A stretch of 64,000 nt of DNA from positions 17,050,001-17,114,000 of the forward strand of contig OZ210885.1 of NCBI GenBank assembly GCA_964658305.1, read 5' to 3'. The notes beneath the pieces were generated by a model, which saw only the letters and a list, made by a program, of their open reading frames with translations, ran no database searches and was not told the origin of the DNA. This document shows positions 1 through 13,600 of the stretch, one piece after another (positions within the stretch are counted from its first letter, which is position 1; each line of letters opens with the position of its first letter). The position numbers and the translations under genes were made by a program. The stretch comes from Leptogorgia sarmentosa (Eukaryota).

Positions 1-3000
1 GGGTGACTACCTGGGAATACTTTGTGTTGTAGACTTGCTTCATTTTACTGTATGTGTGTTTGTAAATAGGTTTGCTTTAAATGTAAACTTCAGGGATTTT
101 GTTATTGCTACATCTGGAAATACTTTGTATTGTTGTTTTGCTAAATGTTATTTAATGCCTATTTGTAAATATAATTCCTTTCAATTTCAACTTCAGGGTT
201 TTGTTATTGTTACACGTTTAAAAAATGTAACTTCCATCAACAAATGGTACGACCATACCAGTAGGAAAATACCGGTTCTCGTTTGATCATCGAAGTTAAG
301 CCTAGGTGGGAAAAGTTAGTACTTGGATGGGTGACCACCTGGGAATACTTTGTGTTGTAGACTTGCTTCATTTTATTGTATGTGTGTTTGTAAATAGGTT
401 TGCTTTCAATTTCAACTTCAGGGTTTTGTTATTGTTACATGTTTAAAAAGTGTAACTTCCATCAACAAATGCCTACGACCATACCAGTAGGAAAATACCG
501 GTTCTCGTCTGATCACCGAAATTAAGCCTAGGTTGGCAAAGTTAGTACTTGGATGGGTGACTACCTGGGAATACTTTGTGTTGTAGACTTGCTTCATTTT
601 ATTGTATGTGTGTTTGTAAATATAATTTCTTTCAATTTCAACTTCAGGGTTTTGTTATTGTTACACGTTTAAAAAGTGTAACTTCCATCAACAAATGTCT
701 ACGACCATACCAGTAGGAAAATACCAGTTCTCGTCTGATCACCGAAGTTAAGCCTAGGTGGGCAAAGTTAGTACTTTGATGGGTGAGCACCTGGGAATAC
801 TTTGTGTTGTAGACTTGCTTCATTTTATTGTATGTGTGTTTGTAAATAGGTTTGCTTTAAATGTAAACTTCAGGGATTTTGTTATTGCTACATCTGGAAA
901 TACTTTGTATTGTTGTTTTGCTAAATGTTATTTAATGCCTATTTGTAAATATAATTCCTTTCAATTTCAACTTCAGGGTTTTGTTATTGTTACACGTTTA
1001 AAAAATGTAACTTCCATCAACAAATGTCTACGACCATACCAGTAGGAAAATACCGGTTCTCGTCTGATCACCGAAGTTAAGCCTAGGTGGGCAAAGTTAG
1101 TACTTGGAAGGGTGACCACCTGGGAATACTTTGTGTTGTAGACTTGCTTCATTTTATTGTATGTGTGTTTGTAAATAGGTTTGCTTTCAATGTTAACTTA
1201 AGGGATTTTGTTCTTGCTACATCTGGAAATACTTTGTATTGTTGTTTTGCTAAATGTTATTTAATGCCTATTTGTAAATATAATTCCTTTCAATTTCAAC
1301 TTCAGGGTTTTGTTATTGTTACATGTTTAAAAAGTGTTACTTGCATCAACAAATGTCTACGACCATACCAGTAGGAAAATACCGGTTCTCGTCTGATCAC
1401 CGAAGTTAAGTCTAGGTGGGCAAAGTTAGTACTTGGATGGGTGACCACCTGGGAATACTTTGTGTTGTAGACTTCCTTCTTTCTATTGTATGTGTGTTTG
1501 TAAATAGGTTTGCTTTCAATTTCAACTTCAGGGTTTTGTTATTGTTACATGTTTAAAAAGTGTAACTTCCATCAACAAATGCCTACGACCATACCAGTAG
1601 GAAAATACCGGTTCTCGTCTGATCACCGAAATTAAGCCTAGGTTGGCAAAGTTAGTACTTGGATGGGTGACTACCTGGGAATACTTTGTGTTGTAGACTT
1701 GCTTCATTTTATTGTATGTGTGTTTGTAAATATAATTTCTTTCAATTTCAACTTCAGGGTTTTGTTATTGTTACACGTTTAAAAAGTGTAACTTCCATCA
1801 ACAAATGTCTACGACCATACCAGTAGGAAAATACCAGTTCTCGTCTGATCACCGAAGTTAAGCCTAGGTGGGCAAAGTTAGTACTTTGATGGGTGAGCAC
1901 CTGGGAATACTTTGTGTTGTAGACTTGCTTCATTTTATTGTATGTGTGTTTGTAAATAGGTTTGCTTTAAATGTAAACTTCAGGGATTTTGTTATTGCTA
2001 CATCTGGAAATACTTTGTATTGTTGTTTTGCTAAATGTTATTTAATGCCTATTTGTAAATATAATTCCTTTCAATTTCAACTTCAGGGTTTTGTTATTGT
2101 TACACGTTTAAAAAATGTAACTTCCATCAACAAATGTCTACGACCATACCAGTAGGAAAATACCGGTTCTCGTCTGATCACCGAAGTTAAGCCTAGGTGG
2201 GCAAAGTTAGTACTTGGAAGGGTGACCACCTGGGAATACTTTGTGTTGTAGACTTGCTTCATTTTATTGTATGTGTGTTTGTAAATAGGTTTGCTTTCAA
2301 TGTTAACTTAAGGGATTTTGTTCTTGCTACATCTGGAAATACTTTGTATTGTTGTTTTGCTAAATGTTATTTAATGCCTATTTGTAAATATAATTCCTTT
2401 CAATTTCAACTTCAGGGTTTTGTTATTGTTACATGTTTAAAAAGTGTTACTTGCATCAACAAATGTCTACGACCATACCAGTAGGAAAATACCGGTTCTC
2501 GTCTGATCACCGAAGTTAAGTCTAGGTGGGCAAAGTTAGTACTTGGATGGGTGACCACCTGGGAATACTTTGTGTTGTAGACTTCCTTCTTTCTATTGTA
2601 TGTGTGTTTGTAAATAGGTTTGCTTTCAATTTCAACTTCAGGGTTTTGTTATTGTTACACGTTTAAAAAGTGTTACTTCCATCAACAAAATGTCTACGAC
2701 CATACCAGTAGGAAAATACCGGTTCTCGTCTGATCACCGAAGTCAAGCCTAGGTGGGCAAAGTTAGTACTTGGATGGGTGACTACCTGGGAATACTTTGT
2801 GTTGTAGACTTGCTTCATTTTATTGTATGTGTGTTTGTAAATAGGTTTGCTTTCAATTTCAACTTCAGGGTTTTGTTATTGTTACACGTTCAAAAAGTGT
2901 AACTTCCATCAACAAATGTCTACGACCATACCAGTAGGAAAATACTGGTTCTTGTCTGATCACCGAAGTTAAGCCTAGGTGGGCAAAGTTTAGTACTTGG

Positions 3001-6000
3001 ATGGGTGACCACCTGGGAATACTTTGTGTTGTAGACTTGCTTCATTTTATTGTATGTGTGTTTGTAAATAGGTTTGCTTTCAATTTCAACTTCAGGGTTT
3101 TGTTATTGTTACATGTTTAAAAAGTGTAACTTACGTCAACAAATGTCTACGACCATACCAGTTGGAAAATACCGGTTCTTGTCTGATCACCGAAGTTAAG
3201 CCTAGGTGGGCAAAGTTAGTACTTGGATGGGTGACCACCTGGGAATACTTTGTGTTGTAGACTTGCTTCATTTTATTGTATGTGTGTTTGTAAATAGGTT
3301 TGCTTTCAATGTAAACTTCAGGGATTTTGTTATTGCTACATCTGGAAATACTTTGTATTGTTGTTTTGCTAAATTTTATTTAATGCCTATTTGTAAATAG
3401 GTTTGCTTTCAATTTCAACTTCAGGGTTTTGTTATTGTTACATGTTTAAAAAGTCTAACTTCCATCAACAAATGTCTACGACCATACCAGTAGGAAAATA
3501 CCAGTTCTTGTCTGATCACCGAAGTTAAGCCTAGGTGGGCAAGTTAGTACTTGGATGGGTGACCACCTGGGAATACTTTGTGTTGTAGACTTGCTTCATT
3601 TTATTGTATGTGTGTTTGTAAATAGGTTTGCTTTCAATTTCAACTTCAGGGTTTTGTTATTGTTACATGTTTAAAAAGTCTAACTTCCATCAACAAATGT
3701 CTACGACCATACCAGTAAAAAAATACCGGTTCTCGACTGATCACCGAAGTTAAGCCTAGGTGGGCAAAGTTAGTACTTGGATGGGTGACCACCTGCGAAT
3801 ACTTTGTATTGTAGACTTGCTTCATTTTATTGTATGTGTGTTTGTAAATATAATTTCTTTCAATTTCAACTTCAGGGTTTTGTTATTGTTACACGTTTAA
3901 AAAGTGTAACTTCCATCAACAAACGCTACGACCATACCAGTAGGAAAATACCGGTTCTCGTCTGATCACCGAAGTTAAGCCTAGGTGGGCAAAGTTAGTA
4001 CTTGGATGGATAACCACCTGCGAATACTTTGTGTTGTAGACTTGCTTCATTTTATTGTATGTGTGTTTGTAAATAGGTTTGCTTTCAATTTCAAATTCAG
4101 GGTTTTGTTATTGTTACACGTTTAAAATGTGTAACTTCCATCAACAAATGTCTACGACCATACCAGTAGGAAAATACCGGTTCTCGTGTGATCACCGAAG
4201 TTAAGCCTAGGTGGGCAAAGTTAGTACTTGGATGGCTGACCACCTCGGAATACTTTGTGTTGTAGACTTGCTTCATTTTATTGTATGTGTGTTTGTAAAT
4301 AGGTTTGCTTTCAATTTCAACTTCAGGGTTTTGTTATTGTTACACGTTTAAAAAGTGTAACTTCCCTCAACAAATGTCTACGACCATACCAGTAGGAAAA
4401 TACCGGTTCTCGTCTGATCACCGAAGTTAAGCCTAGGTGGGCAAAGTTAGTACTTGGATGGGTGACCACCTGGGAATACTTTGTGTTGTAGAGTTGCTTC
4501 ATTTTATTGTATGTGTGTTTGTAAATAGGTTTGCTTTCAATTTCAACTTCAGGGTTTTGTTATTGTTACACGTTTAAAAAGTGTTACTTCCAACAACAAA
4601 TGTCTACGACCATACCAGTAGGAAAATACCGGTTCTCGTCTGATCACCGAAGTAAAGGGTAGGTGGGCAAAGTTAGTACTTGGATGGGTGACCACCTGGG
4701 AATACTTTGTGTTGTAGACTTGCTTCATTTTATTGTATGTGTGTTTGTAAATAGGTTTGCTTTCAATTTCAACTTCAAGGTTTTGTTATTGTTACACGTT
4801 TAAAATGTGTAACTTCCATCAACAAATGTCAACGACCATACCAGTTGGAAAATACCGGTTCTCGTCTGATCACCGAAGTTAAGCCTAGGTGGGCAAAGTT
4901 AGTACTTGGATGGGTGACTACCTGGGAGGGTGACTACCTGGGAATACTTTGTGTTGTAGACTTGCTTCATTTTATTGTATGTGTGTTTGTAAATATAATT
5001 CATTTCAATTTCAACTTCAGGGTTTTGTTATTGTTACACGTTTAAAAAGTGTAATTTCCATCGACAAATGTCTACGACCATACCAGTAGGAAAATACCTG
5101 TTCTTGTCTGATCACCGAAGTTAAGCCTAGGTGGGCAAACTTAGTACTTGGATGGGTGACCACCTGGGAATACTTTGTGTTGTAGACTTGCTTCATTTTA
5201 TTGTATGTGTGTTTGTAAATAGGTTTGCTTTCAATTTCAACTTCAGGGATTTTTTTATTGCTACATCTGGAAATACTTTCTATTGTTGTTTTGCTAAATG
5301 TTATTTAATGCCTATTTGTAAATATAATTCCTTTCAATTTCAACTTCAGGGTTTTGTTATTGTTACACGTTTAAAAAATGTAACTTCCATCAACAAATGT
5401 CTACGACCATACCAGTAGGAAAATACCGGTTCTCGTCTCATCACCGAAGTTAAGCCTAGGTGGGCAAAGTTAGTACTTGGATGGGTGACCACCTGGGAAT
5501 ACTTTGTGTTGTAGACTTGCTTCATTTTATTGTATGTGTGTTTGTAAATAGGTTTGCTTTCAATGTAAACTTCAGGGATTTTGTTATTGCTACATCTGGA
5601 AATACTTTGTATTGTTGTTTTGCTAAATGTTATTTAATGCCTATTTGTAAATATAATTCCTTTCAATTTCAACTTCAGGGTTTTGTTATTGTTACACGTT
5701 TAAAAAGTGTTACTTCCATCAACAAATGCTACGACCATACCAGTAGGAAAATACCGGTTCTCGTCTGATCACCGAAGTTAAGCCTAGGTGGGCAAGTTAG
5801 TACGTGGATGGGTGACCACCTGGGAATACTTTGTGTTGTAGAGTTGCTTCATTTTATTGTATGTGTGTTTGTAAATAGGTTTGCTTTCAATTTCAACTTC
5901 AGGGTTTTGTTATTGTTACACGTTTAAAAAGTGTAACTTCCATCAACAAATGTCTACGACCATACCAGCAGGAAAATACCGGTTCTTGTCTGATCACCGA

Positions 6001-7499
6001 AGTTAAGCCTAGGTGGGCAAGTTAGTACTTGGATGGGTGACCACCTGGGAATACTTTGTGTTGTAGACTTGCTTCATTTTATTGTATGTGTGTTTGTAAA
6101 TAGGTTTGCTTTCAATGTGAACTTCAGGGGTTTTGTTATTGCTACATCTGGAAATACTTTGTATTGTTGTTATGCTAAATTTTATTTAATGCCTATTTGT
6201 AAATAGGTTTGCTTTCAATTTCAACTTCAGGGTTTTGTTATTGTTACATGTTTAAAAAGTGTAACTTCCATCAACAAATGTCTACGACCATACCAGTAGG
6301 AAAATACCAGTTCTTGTCTGATCACCGAAGTTAAGCCTAGGTGGGCAAAGTTAGTACTTGGATGGCTGACCACCTGGGAATACTTTGTGTTGTAGACTTG
6401 CTTCATTTTATTGTATGTGTGTTTGTAAATAGGTTTGCTTTCAATTTCAACTTCAGGGTTTTGTTATTGTTACACGTTTAAAAAGTGTAACTTCCCTCAA
6501 CAAATGTCTACGACCATACCAGTAGGAAAATACCGGTTCTCGTCTGATCACCGAAGTTAAGCCTAGGTGGGCAAAGTTAGTACTTGGATGGGTGACCACC
6601 TGGGAATACTTTGTGTTGTAGACTTGCTTCATTTTATTGTATGTGTGTTTGTAAATAGGTTTGCTTTCAATTTCAACTTCAGGGTTTTGTTATTGTTACA
6701 CGTTTAAAAAGTGTTACTTCCAACAACAAATGTCTACGACCATACCAGTAGGAAAGTACCGGTTCTCGTCTGATCACCGAAGTAAAGGGTAGGTGGGCAA
6801 AGTTAGTACTTGGATGGGTGACCACCTGGGAATACTTTGTGTTGTAGACTTGCTTCATTTTATTGTATGTGTGTTTGTAAATAGGTTTGCTTTCAATTTC
6901 AACTTCAAGGTTTTGTTATTGTTACACGTTTAAAATGTGTAACTTCCATCAACAAATGTCAACGACCATACCAGTTGGAAAATACCGGTTCTCGTCTGAT
7001 CACCGAAGTTAAGCCTAGGTGGGCAAAGTTAGTACTTGGATGGGTGACTACCTGGGAGGGTGACTACCTGGGAATACTTTGTGTTGTAGACTTGCTTCAT
7101 TTTATTGTATGTGTGTTTGTAAATATAATTCATTTCAATTTCAACTTCAGGGTTTTGTTATTGTTACACGTTTAAAAAGTGTAATTTCCATCAACAAATG
7201 TCTACGACCATACCAGTAGGAAAATACCTGTTCTTGTCTGATCACCGAAGTTAAGCCTAGGTGGGCAAAGTTAGTACTTGGATGGGTGACCACCTGGGAG
7301 TACATTGTATTGTAGACTTGCTTCATTTTATTGTATGTGTGTTTGTAAATAGGTTTGCTTTCAATGTAAACTTCAGGGATTTTGTTATTGCTACATCTGG
7401 AAATACTTTGTATTGTTGTTTTGCTAAATGTTATTTAATGCCTATTTGTAAATATAATTCCTTTCAATTTCAAGTTCAGGGTTTTGTTATTGTTACACG

Positions 7500-7508
7500 T
7501 TTAAAAAA
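7500..7508 (+). promoter_or_regulatory. TATA-like element (TTTAAAAA) about -29 to -22 upstream of the 5S gene, present in nearly all units
   Basis: Fixed position in the spacer. Upstream TATA-like elements near -25/-30 are known for animal 5S genes. Confidence 0.5.
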
Positions 7509-7528
7509 TGTAACTTCCATCAACAAAT

Positions 7529-7648
7529 GTCTACGACCATACCAGTAGGAAAATACCGGTTCTCGTCTGATCACCGAAGTTAAGCCTAGGTGGGCAAAGT
7601 TAGTACTTGGATGGGTGACCACCTGGGAATACTTTGTGTTGTAGACTT
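7529..7648 (+). rRNA. RNA5S: Representative consensus 5S rRNA gene copy (120 nt)
   Basis: Helix I ends pair, and helix V CAAAG (67-71) pairs with CTTTG (104-108). Box A-like AGTTAAGC and box C-like TGGATGGGTGACCACCTG are present. Confidence 0.9.
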
Positions 7649-7654
7649 GCTTCA

Positions 7655-7658
7655 TTTT
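7655..7658 (+). terminator. Putative Pol III terminator (TTTT) a few nt downstream of the 5S 3' end, present in most units
   Basis: GTAGACTTGCTTCATTTT is the first T4 run after the gene. Confidence 0.6.
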
Positions 7659-10600
7659 ATTGTATGTGTGTTTGTAAATAGGTTTGCTTTCAATTTCAAC
7701 TTCAGGGTTTTGTTATTGTTACACGTTTAAAAAGTGTAACTTCCAACAACAAATGTCTACGACCATACCAGTGGGAAAATACTGGTTCTCGTCTGATCAC
7801 CGAAGTTAAGCCTAGGTGGGCAAAGTTAGTACTTGGATGGGTGACCACCTGGGAATACTTTGTGTTGTAGACTTGCTTCATTTTATTGTATGTGTGTTTG
7901 TAAATAGGTTTGCTTTCAATTTCAACTTCAGGGTTTTGTTATTGTTACACGTTTAAAAAGTGTTACTTCCATCAACAAATGTCTACGACCATACCAGTAG
8001 GAAAATACTGGTTCTCGTCTGATCACCGAAGTTAAGCCTAGGTGGGCACAGTTAGTACTTGGATGGGTGACCACCTGAGAATACTTTGTGTTGTAGACTT
8101 GCTTCATTTTATTGTATGTGTGTTTGTAAATAGGTTTGCTTTCAATTTCAACTTCAGGGTTTTGTTATTGTTACATGTTTAAAAAGTGTAACTTCCATCA
8201 ACAAATGTCTACGACCATACCAGTAGGAAAATACCGGTTCTCGTCTGCTCACCGAAGTTAAGCCTAGGTGGGCAAAGTTAGTACTTTGATGGGTGACCAC
8301 CTGGGAATACTTTGTGTTGTAGACTTGCTTCATTTTATTGTATGTGTGTTTGTAAATAGGTTTGCTTTCAGTGTAAACTTCAGGCATTTTTTTATTGCTA
8401 CATCTGGAAATACTTTGTATTGTTGTTTTGCTAAATGTTATTTAATGCCTATTTTTAAATATAATTCGTTTCAATTTCAACTTAAGGGTTTTGTGATTGT
8501 TACACGTTTAAAAAATGTAACTTCCATCAACAAATGTCTACGACCATACCAGTAGGAAAATACTGGTTCTCGTCTGATCACCGAAGTTAAGCCTAGGTGG
8601 GCAAAGTTAGTACTTGGATGGGTGACCACCTGGGAATACTTTGTGTTGTAGACTTGCTTCATTTTATTGTATGTGTTTGTAAATAGGTTTGCTTTCAATT
8701 TCAACTTCAGGGTTTTGTTATTGTTACACGTTTAAAAAGTGTAACTTCCATCAACAAATGTCTACGACCATACCAGTAGGAAAATACCAGTTCTCGTCTG
8801 ATCACCGAAGTTAAGCCTAGGTGGGCAATTAGTACTTGGATGGGTGACCACCTGGGAATACTTTGTGTTGTAGACTTGCTTCATTTTATTGTATGTGTGT
8901 TTGTAAATAGGTTTGCTTTCAATTTCAACTTCAGGGTTTTGTTATTGTTAGACGTTTAAAAAGTGTTACTTCCATCAACAAATGTCTACGACCATACCAG
9001 TAGGAAAATACCGGTTCTCGTCTGATCACCGAAGTTAAGCCTAGGTGGGCAAAGTTAGTACTTGAATGGGTGACCACCTGGGAATACTTTGTGTTGTAGA
9101 CTTGCTTCATTTTATTGTATGTGTGTTTGTAAATAGGTTTGCTTTCAATTTCAACTTCAGGGTTTTGTTATTGTTACACGTTTAAAATGTGTAACTTCCA
9201 TCAACAAATGTCAACGACCATACCAGTAGGAAAATACCGGTTCTCGTCTGATCACCGAAGTTAAGCCTAGGTGGGCAAAGTTAGTACTTGGATGGGTGAC
9301 TACCTGGGAATACTTTGTGTTGTAGACTTGCTTCATTTTACTGTATGTGTGTTTGTAAATATAATTCCTTTCAATTTCAACTTCAGGGTTTTGTTATTGT
9401 TACACGTTTAAAAAGTGTTACTTCCATCAACAAATGCTACGACCATACCAGTTGGAAAATACCGGTTCTCGTCTGATCACCGAAGTTAAGCCTAGGTCGG
9501 CTAGTTAGTACGTGGATGGGTGACCACCTGGGAATACTTTGTGTTGTAGAGTTGCTTCATTTAATTGTATGTGTGTTTGTAAATAGGTTTGCTTTCAATT
9601 TCAACTTCGGGGTTTTGTTATTGTTACACGTTTAAAAAGTGTAACTTCCATCAACAAATGTCTACGACCATACCAGTAGGAAAATACCGGTTCTTGTCTG
9701 ATCACTGAAGTTAAGCCTAGGTGGGCAAGTTAGTACTTGGATGGGTGACCACCTGGGAATACTTTGTGTTTAGACTTGCTTCATTTTATTGTATGTGTGT
9801 TTGTAAATAGGTTTGCTTTCAATGTAAACTTCAGGGATTTTTTTATTGCTACATCTCGAAATACTTTGTATTGTTGTTTTGCTAAATGTTATTTAATGCC
9901 TATTTGTAAATATAATTCCTTTCAATTTCAAGTTCAGGGTTTTGTTATTGTTACACGTTTAAAAAATGTAACTTCCATCAACAGATGTCTACGACCATAC
10001 CAATAGGAAAATACCGGTTCTCGTCTGATCACCGAAGTTAAGCCTAGGTGGGCAAAGTTAGTACTTGGATGGGTGACCACCTGGGAATACTTTGTGTTGT
10101 AGACTTGCTTCATTTTATTGTATGTGTGTTTGTAAATAGGTTTGCTTTCAATTTCAACTTCAGGGTTTTGTTATTGTTACATGTTTAAAAAGTGTAACTT
10201 CCATCAACAAATGTCTACGACCATACCACTAGGAAAATACCGGTTCTCGTCTGCTCACCGAAGTTAAGCCTAGGTGGGCAAAGTTAGTACTTTGATGGGT
10301 GACCACCTGGGAATACTTTGTGTTTAGACTTGCTTCATTTTATTGTATGTGTGTTTGTAAATAGGTTTGCTTTCAATGTAAACTTCAGGGATTTTTTTAT
10401 TGCTACATCTCGAAATACTTTGTATTGTTGTTTTGCTAAATGTTATTTAATGCCTATTTGTAAATATAATTCCTTTCAATTTCAAGTTCAGGGTTTTGTT
10501 ATTGTTACACGTTTAAAAAATGTAACTTCCATCAACAGATGTCTACGACCATACCAATAGGAAAATACCGGTTCTCGTCTGATCACCGAAGTTAAGCCTA

Positions 10601-13600
10601 GGTGGGCAAAGTTAGTACTTGGATGGGTGACCACCTGGGAATACTTTGTGTTGTAGACTTGCTTCATTTTATTGTATGTGTGTTTGTAAATAGGTTTGCT
10701 TTCAATTTCAACTTCAGGGTTTTGTTATTGTTACACGTTTAAAAAGTGTAACTTCCATCAACAAATGTCTACGACCATACCAGTAAGAAAATACCGGTTC
10801 TCGTCTGATCACCGAAGTTAAGCCTAGGTGGGCATAGTTAGTACTTGGATGGGTGACCACCTGGGAATACTTTGTGTTGTAGACTTGCTTCATTTTATTG
10901 TATGTGTGTTTGTAAATAGGTTTGCTTTGAATTTCAACTTCAGGGTTTTGTTATTGTTACACGTTTAAAAAGTGTTACTTCCATCAACAAATGTCTACGA
11001 CCATACCAGTAGGAAAATACCGGTTCTCGTCTGATCACCGAAGTTAAGCCTAGGTGGGCAAAGTTAGTACTTGGATGGGTGACCACCTGGGAATACTTTG
11101 TGTTGTAGACTTGCTTCATTTTATTGTATGTGTGTTTGTAAATAGGTTTGCTTTCAATTTCAACTTCAGGGTTTTGTTATTGTTACATTTTTAAAAAGTG
11201 TAACTTCCATCAACAAATGTCTATGACCATACCAGTAGGAAAATACCAGTTCTCGTCTGATCACCGAAGTTAAGCCTAGGTGGGCAAATTAGTACTTGGA
11301 TGGGTGACCACCTGGGAATACTTTGTGTTGTAGACTTGCTTCATTTTATTGTATGTGTGTTTGTAAATCGGTTTGCTTTCAATTTCAACTTCAGGGTTTT
11401 GTTATTGTTACACGTTTAAAATGTGTAACTTCCATCAACAAATGTCAACGACCATACCAGTAGGAAAATACCGGTTCTCGTCTGATCACCGAAGTTAAGC
11501 CTAGTTGGGCAAAGTTAGTACTTGGATGGGTGGCTACCTGGGAATACTTTGTGTTGTAGACTTGCTTCATTTTACTGTATGTGTGTTTGTAAATAGGTTT
11601 GCTTTAAATGTAAACTTCAGGGATTTTGTTATTGCTACATCTGGAAATACTTTGTATTGTTGTTTTGCTAAATGTTATTTAATGCCTATTTGTAAATATA
11701 ATTCCTTTCAATTTCAACTTCAGGGTTTTGTTATTGTTACACGTTTAAAAAATGTAACTTCCATCAACAAATGGTACGACCATACCAGTAGGAAAATACC
11801 GGTTCTCGTTTGATCATCGAAGTTAAGCCTAGGTGGGAAAAGTTAGTACTTGGATGGGTGACCACCTGGGAATACTTTGTGTTGTAGACTTGCTTCATTT
11901 TATTGTATGTGTGTTTGTAAATAGGTTTGCTTTCAATTTCAACTTCAGGGTTTTGTTATTGTTACATGTTTAAAAAGTGTAACTTCCATCAACAAATGCC
12001 TACGACCATACCAGTAGGAAAATACCGGTTCTCGTCTGATCACCGAAATTAAGCCTAGGTTGGCAAAGTTAGTACTTGGATGGGTGACTACCTGGGAATA
12101 CTTTGTGTTGTAGACTTGCTTCATTTTATTGTATGTGTGTTTGTAAATATAATTTCTTTCAATTTCAACTTCAGGGTTTTGTTATTGTTACAAGTTTAAA
12201 AAGTGTAACTTCCATCAACAAATGTCTACGACCATACCAGTAGGAAAATACCAGTTCTCGTCTGATCACCGAAGTTAAGCCTAGGTGGGCAAAGTTAGTA
12301 CTTTGATGGGTGAGCACCTGGGAATACTTTGTGTTGTAGACTTGCTTCATTTTATTGTATGTGTGTTTGTAAAAGGTTTGCTTTAAATGTAAACTTCAGG
12401 GATTTTGTTATTGCTACATCTGGAAATACTTTGTATTGTTGTTTTGCTAAATGTTATTTAATGCCTATTTGTAAATATAATTCCTTTCAATTTCAACTTC
12501 AGGGTTTTGTTATTGTTACACGTTTAAAAAATGTAACTTCCATCAACAAATGTCTACGACCATACCAGTAGGAAAATACCGGTTCTCGTCTGATCACCGA
12601 AGTTAAGCCTAGGTGGGCAAAGTTAGTACTTGGAAGGGTGACCACCTGGGAATACTTTGTGTTGTAGACTTGCTTCATTTTATTGTATGTGTGTTTGTAA
12701 ATAGGTTTGCTTTCAATGTTAACTTAAGGGATTTTGTTCTTGCTACATCTGGAAATACTTTGTATTGTTGTTTTGCTAAATGTTATTTAATGCCTATTTG
12801 TAAATATAATTCCTTTCAATTTCAACTTCAGGGTTTTGTTATTGTTACATGTTTAAAAAGTGTTACTTGCATCAACAAATGTCTACGACCATACCAGTAG
12901 GAAAATACCGGTTCTCGTCTGATCACCGAAGTTAAGTCTAGGTGGGCAAAGTTAGTACTTGGATGGGTGACCACCTGGGAATACTTTGTGTTGTAGACTT
13001 CCTTCTTTCTATTGTATGTGTGTTTGTAAATAGGTTTGCTTTCAATTTCAACTTCAGGGTTTTGTTATTGTTACACGTTTAAAAAGTGTTACTTCCATCA
13101 ACAAAATGTCTACGACCATACCAGTAGGAAAATACCGGTTCTCGTCTGATCACCGAAGTCAAGCCTAGGTGGGCAAAGTTAGTACTTGGATGGGTGACTA
13201 CCTGGGAATACTTTGTGTTGTAGACTTGCTTCATTTTATTGTATGTGTGTTTGTAAATAGGTTTGCTTTCAATTTCAACTTCAGGGTTTTGTTATTGTTA
13301 CACGTTCAAAAAGTGTAACTTCCATCAACAAATGTCTACGACCATACCAGTAGGAAAATACTGGTTCTTGTCTGATCACCGAAGTTAAGCCTAGGTGGGC
13401 AAAGTTTAGTACTTGGATGGGTGACCACCTGGGAATACTTTGTGTTGTAGACTTGCTTCATTTTATTGTATGTGTGTTTGTAAATAGGTTTGCTTTCAAT
13501 TTCAACTTCAGGGTTTTGTTATTGTTACATGTTTAAAAAGTGTAACTTACGTCAACAAATGTCTACGACCATACCAGTTGGAAAATACCGGTTCTTGTCT

